A stretch of DNA of 64,000 bases from Schmidtea polychroa (taxonomy: Eukaryota). The DNA is taken from assembly GCA_044892525.1 (NCBI GenBank), contig CM097885.1, positions 33,172,001 to 33,236,000 of the forward strand, read 5' to 3'. Shown in pieces: positions 35,168 to 46,716 of this stretch (position 1 is its first letter; each line of letters begins with the position of its first letter). Below the pieces are notes generated by a model, which saw only the letters and a program-made list of their open reading frames with translations, made no database searches and was not told where the DNA came from. The translations under genes were made by a program, and so were the position numbers.

Positions 35168-37043
35168 CGGAAGATTTTGGCTAAGAGCCCAACCATATAA
35201 ATTATTTATATCTATATACAAAGGTTCTGTATCTTCAGAACTTGCTACATAATGTTTGTTAACAAATGTTAACCCGCCCCGTATTCCACCTTCGTAGAAA
35301 TTATACATTTCCATATCCTGTAGAACTTCTATAGGTTCCTGTAATGTCATGAGTGCTGACGCCCATGACATACCTGGAATTCCATAGAAGTTTAGAGGTT
35401 CAAGGCCGTTATAAGCAATTGCTTTGGCACGGAATTGCTGAAAATAATCTGCCAAGAGGAATACGTCCAATTTAAGGTACGTTAACATATAGTCTAACAT
35501 TGTTTCGCAATTTTGCTGAACCTAGATTTCTTGGGCGATAGCATATTCTTCATTAGATACAGAACTCCAAATCGGAGGTAATTCATGAGTAGATTCAAGA
35601 ATTTCGAGTGATGTTGCAAAGTTGTAAGGAAATATGCCCTTTGCTCTCACAATACTACCATCAAAAACAGAAGAAGTTAAAGGTAAATCTGAAAGAGTTT
35701 TAACTGCCTTTGCTAACGATGAGTTAACAAATTGCATACTGTCGATAAAACGAACAGTCAATTTGTTAATATTTACAATCAAGGATATAAATTTTTCAGT
35801 GGTGGTTGGAATGATATTTAATTTCCAAGATGGAAAATCATTCAAACCATACTTTAAAATGTGATGTAAGTCATACCCCTTCAAATTATGAAAGACAATG
35901 GGTAACTGTTTGTTTATTCTCCTAGAAATATTGCAATTTCGACAGGCAGCACCAAGATACTTACCTGTGAAATGATCATGGTCCTTAACCTTATCTTTTA
36001 TAAAATGTTTACAGAGATAACAAGTCCTACAGTTGTTGAACTCCCGTTCCTCATTGAAAGACAGAGTATTAATGAATTTTCTACCATGAATTTCATAATA
36101 CGGGAGGACAATTGTGACAGCAATTTCCTCCACCTTCTTTAAAAATTCAAAAACACATTCCAAGCCTATAAAATTAAAATATGATGTTGTGTTAGTGTAA
36201 TTGTTAATTAATAATAGACCTGCTGTTATCGGCTTGTGTATTTGGTGATGATTTATATCCCCAGGTAAAATAGCCTCAAAGTCTGCGTATATTACGAACG
36301 GTGGAGTAATCATCTTTGAATAATCTTTAAACGTTAAATTTTTATTTTTAGGGAGCGTGTAAAGGGTGGTTCCTATTTGATTTTTAGCGCACAATGCAAC
36401 ATGTACCTTAAAGGTTTTGACCCGATAAAAACCATTTAAACAATGAGGGCACCATCTAACTCTAATTCTAGTATTACATTCGACGGTTGAATGACCATTC
36501 ATTAATCGGTTTAAATTAAAAATTGCGGTGTAATGATAATTATCACCGTCTTGTAAGAGTAAAAGATTAATAGGATTCCCTTCGGTAACCTTAGATCTAT
36601 GAATTATATTTAGGTGTGGATGATGAGGTACATAATCTATATCATTATTTATTTTATTCCCTGTTATTGTAGGTTTATATTCAAAAACATTGATTGCCAA
36701 TTTTAAATCTATGTTATTTCTTTCAAATTTCGGGATGTTGCATAACCTCATTGGGCAATCAGTAATGGGATCATAATTTAGTTCGTCTAAGTAATTAGTA
36801 TAATTGGAAACACGCTCCCTATGATTTAAAATTATATCACGCTTTAATAGTGATAAAACACTATATATAAAACAAGCATGATCATTGTTTCTTACGTTTA
36901 CAATTGCTTTCTTTTTATATATTGCCGCTGGTGTAGGTATAAAACTATGCCCAGCTAATCGACTTATAGGGTAAAATGTGGTCAAAATAAAATCAAGTTC
37001 CTTAATCTTTACAACCCTCCATCCGCTACCTAAATAAGTAAAT
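35168..37043 (-). pseudogene. Left-arm pPolB copy, N-terminal/exonuclease part (5'-truncated at FTYLGSGW)
   Basis: Near-identical to 40694-42569, including the TAG at 35522-35524. Confidence 0.9.
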
Positions 37044-37057
37044 GAATTTGTTGAAAT

Positions 37058-37357
37058 GAATTTGTTGGAGTTTTTCCTCTTGATAAAATTCCATATTTGA
37101 GCAATAATCAAGCCATAATCGTCAATACTCAATCGTCTCATCTTGGTGGAGAACACTGGATAGCTATATATATGAAACCTGGTAATATATTCGTGTTCGA
37201 TCCTATGGGTTTCTATTATCCTGCTTTGTTGATATCAAAACTGCAAACAATGGGGAAACCTATTGTGTATAATAAAACTATGTTTCAAAATCCCTTGACT
37301 CAAACATGTGGTCATCACTGTTTGGCGTGGTTGTTGTACAAAAGGTTTCATGTTTAA
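37058..37357 (+). pseudogene. 5'-truncated adenain-like protease of the outer element
   Basis: EFVGVFPLDKIP...IIVNT...GEHWIA...FVFDPMG...FQ...TCGHHC; start lost at the arm junction. Confidence 0.85.
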
Positions 37358-37619
37358 TAAATGTTTAGTGTATGCTTTGTTGTTGTTATTTAATAAGAAA
37401 GACTTTTATTATTATTATTTGTTATTTAATAAGAAAGACTTTAATTTTATTATTTATTGTTATTATTAAGAATAATATTAATTATTTTTAATTAACTTAT
37501 TACATATCATAAAGCCATCACATGCTCCGTGCATGCACAGTGCATGTTAACAAAGAACTGACTAATAAAGACAGTCACATGGAAACAGTATGATTAACAA
37601 GGCATGTGTAGATGCAATA

Positions 37620-37712
37620 TGATTGGTTGAGAGAGGAAAATTCTAATTTACTATGCGCGTGTGTCTAATTCTGATTGGCTGGGACAGGAAAGTTTTCATT
37701 CTCTTTATAAAC
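37620..37712 (+). promoter_or_regulatory. Pol II promoter of the spliced gene
   Basis: Two inverted CCAAT boxes (GATTGG at ~37621 and ~37673), each followed by AGGAA; TATAAA at ~37706; ATG at 37759. Confidence 0.5.
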
Positions 37713-37758
37713 ATTTGCAATTTCCAAATTCGTCACAATTATTTTAAAATTTTACAAA

Positions 37759-38455
37759 ATGGAAGGAGAAGGAAATAATATTTTAAGATGTATGATGGCT
37801 GGCGATAATGGTATATTATTTATTTTTATTTTATTTATTTTTATATATTTATTTTGTAGATGATTTATGGTACCAGGTGACCGAGAACGAAAATGGCTTT
37901 AATTTAAATTGCACATATGGTAATTTTATTTTTATTTATTAATATTATTATTATTATTATTTAGACGTTATAATGGTGAGCGATGAGGAAGATGAATTAA
38001 TAATTATTAGTGATGATGAAGAGGAATCTCCAATTATTATTAATGATCACAACTTATCAGGTAAATTATTATTATTATTATTAGTTAATTTAAAAAAAAA
38101 ACTGTTTTAGGAAAAAGTCAAAGAGAAAATTCCCCCAATCTTGTTGAAGAAACTGAAAATATATTAGGTGCCATGATTGAATATACACGTAAATTTTTAT
38201 TATTATTATATGTAATTTTTAAAAATTGATTTAGAAAGTTCAATTATTTTGGAAGATATATATGATCCTATTATGGATGAGCTATATGCCCCTATTAATG
38301 TTGATGCCCCGGAAATTGCTGATGCTCCAGAAACTATATTATTTAATGCTCCTATTCAGGATGCCCCCATGCGGGATGATTTCGATGCCCCCACTTTAAC
38401 TGGGGATGACCTCTCTGAGGATGATACAGATTCAGATTCTGAATCTAAATGTTAG
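37759..38455 (+). CDS. Five-exon acidic protein (168 aa) with tandem SUMO-interacting-like motifs
   Basis: Exons 37759-37810, 37860-37919, 37965-38060, 38111-38188, 38235-38455; four GT-AG introns of 49/45/50/46 nt, all phase 1; the spliced 507 nt is an uninterrupted ORF. Confidence 0.8.
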
Positions 38456-38574
38456 TTTTTATTTATTTTATAAATATTTATTTTAATAATTTATTTTACT
38501 AATTTATTAAATTAAAAATAACATTCTCTAGATTATTTAAATTATTTATAACTTAAATTATTTCAAACATAAAA

Positions 38575-38700
38575 TTTTATATGAAAATATCGAAGAAATG
38601 ATGAAATTTATATGAAAAATGATGAAAATTATATGAAATTAATGATGAAAAATGCCGAAATTTATATGAAAAATGATGAAAATTATATGAAATTAATGAT
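38575..38700. repeat. Short tandem repeats (ATATGAAAAATGATGAAAATT-type)
   Basis: Read directly. Confidence 0.7.
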
Positions 38701-38741
38701 TCTAACTAATCTAGAGAATGTTATCTTTATTTAAGTTTAGA

Positions 38742-38778
<37 letters not shown>

Positions 38779-38780
38779 TT

Positions 38781-38828
38781 GCCCCCATATCTAATGTATG
38801 TTGCAGTGAGCATGCGACTACATCTCTT

Positions 38829-38898
<70 letters not shown>

Positions 38899-39112
38899 TT
38901 GCCCCCCCCCCATATCTAATGTAGCTTGCAGTGAGCATGCATCTATCTACATCTCTTCTCATATAATAATAATAATAATAATGACCCCAAATAAATGTAG
39001 CTTGCAGTGAGCATGCATCTACATCTCTTCTCATAAAATAATAATAATTATCCCAATAAAAGTAGTTTGCAGTGGACATGCATCTACATCTCTTCTCAAA
39101 TAAAAATACTAC

Positions 39113-39191
<79 letters not shown>

Positions 39192-39230
39192 TTATATCTT
39201 TTACATAGTTAGCATTCAGCATGCGACTAC
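38781..39230. repeat. Array of five imperfect palindromes separated by (AAT)n spacers
   Basis: Consensus ATGTAGYTTGCAGTGAGCATGCATCTACAT at ~38793, 38918, 38994, 39061, with a degenerate copy at ~39205. Confidence 0.8.
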
Positions 39231-39490
39231 CAACCTATGATATTAATAATATTAATAATAATTCATATGATTCATTTTAGTTTACAATTACCAATTTCAG
39301 ATTATTTTACAATTATTAATATTTATTTCATTTTTACCGTTTTTTATTTTTTTTTTATTAGAAATGAAATAAATATCAATAACTGTTATAGATTTATAAC
39401 AATAAATATATAGATATTTTATGTAAATTATATGAGTCTGTAATAAAATGTATTAATTAATGTTATTGTTGAACAAATACAATAGAAATG

Positions 39491-39576
<86 letters not shown>

Positions 39577-39619
39577 AAGCTTTAGATTGTAATTTATTTA
39601 TTTTTTAAAAATTTATTAG

Positions 39620-39870
39620 GTAAACTATATCAACGATATTTTCAATCCTCAATTGGACATAGCTCTGCATGCCATAAAGTACTGAAGCTTTACTATGGTC
39701 ATAGATTCTATGGCACCAACTTTTTTATTTGCCTCAAATGCGAAACTGCTCAAGATTTAAAATACATAGATTTTTATAAGGGGCACTACACCCATTTAAA
39801 TCAATTTGTATTGAATAAAAAGACCCTTTTTAATATAATTTATGCGAAAACTAATGAGATTAATAATACA

Positions 39871-39947
<77 letters not shown>

Positions 39948-42900
39948 TAATAACAATAATAACAGAAATAATAGAAATAATAATACAAATAACAGAAATA
40001 ATAATACAAATAACCGAAATAATACAAATAACCGAAATAATACAAACAATAATAATCCAAATAATATAAATAATAATACAAATAACCGAAATAATACAAA
40101 CAATAATAATCCAAATAATGGAAATAGTACAAATAATAATATTACAAATAATGAAATATTAATAATATAAATAATAGAAATATAGATAATACAAATAATA
40201 ATACAAATAATAATAATAATAATACAAATAATAATACAAATAATCGAAATAATAAAAAATCTAAAAGACCTGCTGTAAATACTGTTCCGTGTATCCCTAC
40301 TAAAATTATAAAATTATCAATCATCGTGATAAATGATGATGAATCTGAATTATTAAATACCCAAATAGGGGGTTCGATAAACAATATAGAAAATATTCAA
40401 ATAGATATAAATGATGAACCTGAAATAGAGATAGATTTAAAGGGTTCCCGTAAAAATATTCGATTTGATTTAGAACATAAAAACTTAATTCAAATCTCCC
40501 TTACGGATAAAATTATAAATAAAATTAATGTGGAAATTGAAAAGATGGGATCTGTAAAAGTCCAGTTTACAGTTCTTATTCAATTTGAAAAAGATGGAGA
40601 AATTAAAGATAATTTCTTTTCAAATAGAGCGAGTGTTTTTTCCAACAATTTTCTTATCGATGGTGTGAGTCGATTAAATGAGAAAATTGAAAAATTTACT
40701 TATTTAGGTAGCGGATGGAGGGTTGTAAAGATTAAGGAACTTGATTTTATTTTGACCACATTTTACCCTATAAGTCGATTAGCTGGGCATAGTTTTATAC
40801 CTACACCAGCGGCAATATATAAAAAGAAAGCAATTGTAAACGTAAGAAACAATGATCATGCTTGTTTTATATATAGTGTTTTATCACTATTAAAGCGTGA
40901 TATAATTTTAAATCATAGGGAGCGTGTTTCCAATTATACTAATTACTTAGACGAACTAAATTATGATCCCATTACTGATTGCCCAATGAGGTTATGCAAC
41001 ATCCCGAAATTTGAAAGAAATAACATAGATTTAAAATTGGCAATCAATGTTTTTGAATATAAACCTACAATAACAGGGAATAAAATAAATAATGATATAG
41101 ATTATGTACCTCATCATCCACACCTAAATATAATTCATAGATCTAAGGTTACCGAAGGGAATCCTATTAATCTTTTACTCTTACAAGACGGTGATAATTA
41201 TCATTACACCGCAATTTTTAATTTAAACCGATTAATGAATGGTCATTCAACCGTCGAATGTAATACTAGAATTAGAGTTAGATGGTGCCCTCATTGTTTA
41301 AATGGTTTTTATCGGGTCAAAACCTTTAAGGTACATGTTGCATTGTGCGCTAAAAATCAAATAGGAACCACCCTTTACACGCTCCCTAAAAATAAAAATT
41401 TAACGTTTAAAGATTATTCAAAGATGATTACTCCACCGTTCGTAATATACGCAGACTTTGAGGCTATTTTACCTGGGGATATAAATCATCACCAAATACA
41501 CAAGCCGATAACAGCAGGTCTATTATTAATTAACAATTACACTAACACAACATCATATTTTAATTTTATAGGCTTGGAATGTGTTTTTGAATTTTTAAAG
41601 AAGGTGGAGGAAATTGCTGTCACAATTGTCCTCCCGTATTATGAAATTCATGGTAGAAAATTCATTAATACTCTGTCTTTCAATGAGGAACGGGAGTTCA
41701 ACAACTGTAGGACTTGTTATCTCTGTAAACATTTTATAAAAGATAAGGTTAAGGACCATGATCATTTCACAGGTAAGTATCTTGGTGCTGCCTGTAGAAA
41801 TTGCAATATTTCTAGGAGAATAAACAAACAGTTACCCATTGTCTTTCATAATTTGAAGGGGTATGACTTACATCACATTTTAAAGTATGGTTTGATTGAT
41901 TTTCCATCTTGGAAATTAAATATCATTCCAACCACCACTGAAAAATTTATATCCTTGATTGTAAATATTAACAAATTGACTGTTCGTTTTATCGACAGTA
42001 TGCAATTTGTTAACTCATCGTTAGCAAAGGCAGTTAAAACTCTTTCAGATTTACCTTTAACTTCTTCTGTTTTTGATGGTAGTATTGTGAGAGCAAAGGG
42101 CATATTTCCTTACAACTTTGCAACATCACTCGAAATTCTTGAATCTACTCATGAATTACCTCCGATTTGGAGTTCTGTATCTAATGAAGAATATGCTATC
42201 GCCCAAGAAATCTAGGTTCAGCAAAATTGCGAAACAATGTTAGACTATATGTTAACGTACCTTAAATTGGACGTATTCCTCTTGGCAGATTATTTTCAGC
42301 AATTCCGTGCCAAAGCAATTGCTTATAACGGCCTTGAACCTCTAAACTTCTATGGAATTCCAGGTATGTCATGGGCGTCAGCACTCATGACATTACAGGA
42401 ACCTATAGAAGTTCTACAGGATATGGAAATGTATAATTTCTACGAAGGTGGAATACGGGGCGGGTTAACATTTGTTAACAAACATTATGTAGCAAGTTCT
42501 GAAGATACAGAACCTTTGTATATAGATATAAATAATTTATATGGTTGGGCTCTTAGCCAAAATCTTCCGTATGGTGACTTTGTTTGGGTGTATGAAAATC
42601 TGAATGATGTGTTGAGTGAATGCGTGAATGCAGATATTGAAAACCTTCCATATAGTTATACTATGGAAGTAGACATCAATATCCCTAATCGTGTGCATGA
42701 ATATTTGAATGATTTTCCGCTTGCTCCGGAAAAAATGTGTCCACTTAATTCAAAGGTTGAGAAGCTTATGCTCACGCATTGGCCTAAGAAGAACCATGTT
42801 CTTCATTGGCGGTTTCTCAAGCTGTATATAGAATTAGGTGCGGAAGTTGAGCATGTACATAGAGCAATTAAATTTAAACAATCAACAATTTTCAAAACAT

Positions 42901-43856
42901 ATATAGATCGAAATACTAATTTACGTTCAAAATCAACATGTGAACTGCATTGAGATCTATATAAATTATTCAATAATAGTCTCTATGGTAAATCAGTAGA
43001 GAATTTGAAAAAACGTATGAATTTGAGGCTATGCAATTCATCAGCAAAGATGATTGTATACGCCTCCAAACCAACTTTCAAAAAATCAATTAAAATAGCG
43101 GATGATCTGATTGCGATTCATCTTAATAAAGATATTATATGTTTAGACAGGCCTAGCTACATAGGCCAATCAGTGCTAGACCTGTCTAAACTACGCATGT
43201 ATCAACTGCAATATAATGAATTGACAAAATATAGATCCGAATTCTTATGTGATATAAATATCGTTGCCGGCGATACTGATTCGTTTTTTCTTGAGGTTAA
43301 GCACTGTAAGCTAGACACTCTTTTGCCGGCAATGATAAGAGATAATCTTCTAGATACCTCTAATTATGATCCCGCACACCCCTTATACTCGAGAAACCTT
43401 GATTCTGTGATAGGAAAATTTAAAGATGAAAGCAAAGGTCTCGGGTATAAGGAATGGGTTTTCTTAAGACCTAAGTGCTATAGTTTATTAGGTGTCAAAG
43501 ATACTATGAGGGCTAAAGGGGTGAAATTAATGGGGACAGAGATTGGGCACCAGTCATATTTAGACTGCTACAATAACAACGTAGAATTTGCAGTGCCGCA
43601 AACTAGGATAGGGACGCGGAACCACCAGCTATATACCATCAAAATTAGTAAAATCGCATTGACAAATAACGATGACAAGCGATTATGGGTGGGGAGAAAT
43701 AATAGTATCGCATTTGGGCATTATTTTGGGGTTGATGCTGTAGATAGTGATCAAGTATTGGATGAAGTTGGACCGCTCTCTGTAGGTTTCAGTCCAGATT
43801 TCGATGAAAGTCATCACATATTAGAGGAAGTTGGACCGCTTAGTTTTCAAATTTAA
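39620..43856 (+). pseudogene. polB: Right-arm pPolB of the outer element (Asn-rich N-terminus, frameshift near 40155, in-frame stops at 42213 and 42951)
   Basis: GSGW, NNDHACF..HY, YADFEA, CYLC..DHDH..YLGAAC..CN, FHNLKGYD, YIDINNLYG, KLFNNSLYGK, AGDTDS, LRPK, DDKR; the three large ORFs are in one frame. Confidence 0.92.
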
Positions 43857-43958
43857 TCATTTTTAATAATTGTAATAATAACATCTTTTAATATGTGTAT
43901 TTTTATTATTATTTTGAAAACATGTGATAGTTTTCAAGTTTAAACATTTTTTAATAAA

Positions 43959-44036
<78 letters not shown>

Positions 44037-44471
44037 CTTGCGATATGTTGATTGTAACCAGCTATGTGGAGATTTCAGCCAAGATTTGGATGATAAGGAT
44101 CAAATATTGGATGATGTTCGACCGCTTTGTGGAGATTTCAACTCAGATTTCGATGATAGTATCGATATAGATGTTGATATTGATGATATATTATTAACTG
44201 ATAATGATAATGATGAATATTATTAAAAATATATCTTTTTTAAAAAAAAAAACTAGACTTCATGTGTTCATTTTTATTGGTGTATTAAAAACTTGTGATA
44301 GTTTTCAAGTTTAATCATTTTTAATAATCGTAATAATAACATCTTTTAATATTTGTATTTTTATTGTTATATTGAAAACTTGTGATAGTTTCAATTTTAT
44401 ACATTTTTAAATAATAATAATAATGATAATAATAATGATGTTAATAATAATAATAATAAAAATAAGTAATA

Positions 44472-44511
<40 letters not shown>

Positions 44512-44601
44512 CATTATGAGATGTTGAGTGTAACCAATACGGTTGTGAGCAATAACCATAAGGAGACAAAATATCTTGTCGGATAAACTCAGAGTATACC
44601 T

Positions 44602-44973
44602 TTGTTTGACGACAAACCAAAATGGTCAAAGCATCCAGGAAAAAGAATATCTCAAAGATTGGAGAATTTAGAAAACAGTTATGAACTATCATTTGCATAT
44701 ATACAAAATATAAAAATTAAATTGATCGATCATATTGAAGTTTTCAATAACTCTATTGTTGAAAATAAAAAGAATATGAAAATTATTGATAAGAAGCATG
44801 ATTATTTGTTAAAAAAGATCGAATTATTAGTAAGAGAAATTCAAACAAACAAAGGATCAATAGAATATCTGAAAATCAATTCAACGTTACCAATTTCAAA
44901 CAATATTGCTGCGAATACTAGTACATCAATATTTAGTTTACCTTTGCTAATTTTACATTATTTTATTGTTTAA
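44602..44973 (+). CDS. Coiled-coil ORF fragment with hydrophobic C-terminal tail, present in the right arm only
   Basis: 123-aa open frame without a clear ATG, followed by AATAAA; flanked by ~55-bp direct repeats. Confidence 0.35.
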   Translation: MFDDKPKWSKHPGKRISQRLENLENSYELSFAYIQNIKIKLIDHIEVFNNSIVENKKNMKIIDKKHDYLLKKIELLVREIQTNKGSIEYLKINSTLPISNNIAANTSTSIFSLPLLILHYFIV

Positions 44974-45092
44974 ATAAATGTATGTTTTGTTGATTTGTTT
45001 AATAATACCCTTGTGACTTGTTGAGTGTGAGCAGTACCCTTGTGAGCATTACCCATAGGGGGGACAAAATATTTTGTCGGATAAACTCGGAG

Positions 45093-45210
<118 letters not shown>

Positions 45211-45221
45211 TTACTAATAAT

Positions 45222-45279
<58 letters not shown>

Positions 45280-45466
45280 TTAATAATAATAATAATAGTG
45301 AGATGTTGAGTGTAACCAATATCATTGAACTCTTTGAAGGTTATTGAACCTCCATAGACCTTCGATGGTCTCAAATACTCACCATTCAAATACCTTTCGA
45401 ATGAGCTATTAAATAATAAAAACCATTGGCGGGAACTCTGAGAATTTAAATTTAAAAAAATTTAGC

Positions 45467-45623
45467 ATGACTCATCGGATGAGTCATATGACCTTGAATG
45501 AGGCATCGGATGAGTCATATGACCTTGAATGAGTCATCGGATGAGTCATCGGATGAGTCATATGACCTTGAATGAGTCATCGGATGAGTCATATGACCTT
45601 GAATGAGTCATAGGATGAGTCGT
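45467..45623. promoter_or_regulatory. Right-arm copy of the AP-1/TCAAGGTCA tandem array (9 perfect TGA(C/G)TCA)
   Basis: Reverse complement of 17595-17708 with a different copy number. Confidence 0.6.
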
Positions 45624-46291
45624 GGTCTTTGTTTCAATGACCTTGGTGAGTAATATGTCTTTGTTTAAAATTTGACCTTGAAAAAAAAATTTTTAATGGC
45701 GGGAGGTGTGGGGGTGGGGGTGGGGGGTATGTCTTTGTCCCAGGGGGCCGCTGGTTTAGTGGGCCGCTGGTTTAGTGGGCCGCTATCCCTCTACTTTCCT
45801 TCTTCATTTTTTGTTTAATATTTAAGAACGATATTGTCGTATTTCATTGTTTAATTTTAACTGAATCTCATTTTTCTTTGATTTTCAATTTCTTTTTAGT
45901 ACATTTTTGATTTTTAGAATTCTGGAACAACCCATCCTCCATTTCATATATTTCCCACCTGATATTTTATTCATTTAATAATTATTGTATTTTATTATTT
46001 AGGTATCCGCAATGAAACGAAATGTGACGACAAATTTTTCATGCTGCTTGTTGCGTTATCCAACGATATTCCTAGAAGTACCCGAAAGAGTCACCGTTAA
46101 AAAAAAGTATTGTGGCGGTACAATCGGGGTGCGTGTATGTATACAAATAATAAAATTATTATATATAAAAATAATAATGTATCACAATTAATAACTACAA
46201 TAGTTGTTACTAATAATTATTAATTAATATAGTCAAGTAATTAACCAACCTTGAGGTCCTTGGGAATTAGGTCCAACTTAGAAATTTAGAT

Positions 46292-46716
46292 CTAAGTTTC
46301 TGTGGAATCAAAATAAAAGGAAATCTCCGTTTATATACGATTATGGTTAAATGGACAGTAATTGAGAGTAAGCTGTTCTGGAATTACTATATGATATCTT
46401 GAAGTTCTTGATAAGGTTTCTTTAAAACACTTCTTTTAATATCTTTTTCTAATTCTGATTTAATTTCTTTATGGGTCCAATTTAGGAAGTTAGATCTGTT
46501 TGAGATAAAAATTATTTCTTTAATTTATGTTAAATTCCTAAGTTTCTGTGGAATCAAAATAAAAGGGAATCTCCGTTTATATACGATTATAGTTAAATTG
46601 GCAGTAGTTGAGAGTAAGCTTTTCTTGAATTACTATATTATATCTTGAAGTTCTATATAGGGTTTCTTTTAAACGCTTCTTTTAATATCTTTTTCTAATT
46701 CTGATTTAATTTCTTT
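46292..46716. repeat. Diverged direct duplication (~180-bp core, ~246-bp period)
   Basis: CTAAGTTTCTGTGGAATCAAAATAAAAGG...CTGATTTAATTTCTTT at ~46292 and ~46538. Confidence 0.8.

Noticed and set aside
35057..35500. ORF ending ...PSEESMHPSTPTLKK as a distinct protein (likewise the starts of ORFs 19756-20166 and 35522-37156)
   Set aside because: Chimeric read-through across insertion or arm junctions into TIR or antisense protease sequence
38781..39230. CRISPR-like repeat-spacer array
   Set aside because: Spacers are (AAT)n microsatellite, repeats are degenerate, there are no cas genes and the context is eukaryotic
39840..40384. Poly-Leu/Tyr/Ile ORFs (also 13033-13376, 17786-17986, 38718-39079, 44441-45389, 51078-51328)
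   Set aside because: Translations of (AAT)n and (TA)n microsatellites
42213..42953. Stop-codon reassignment or programmed readthrough in pPolB
   Set aside because: Two different stops (TAG at a likely Trp, TGA at a likely Arg) are each explained by one substitution, and TAG ends other genes normally
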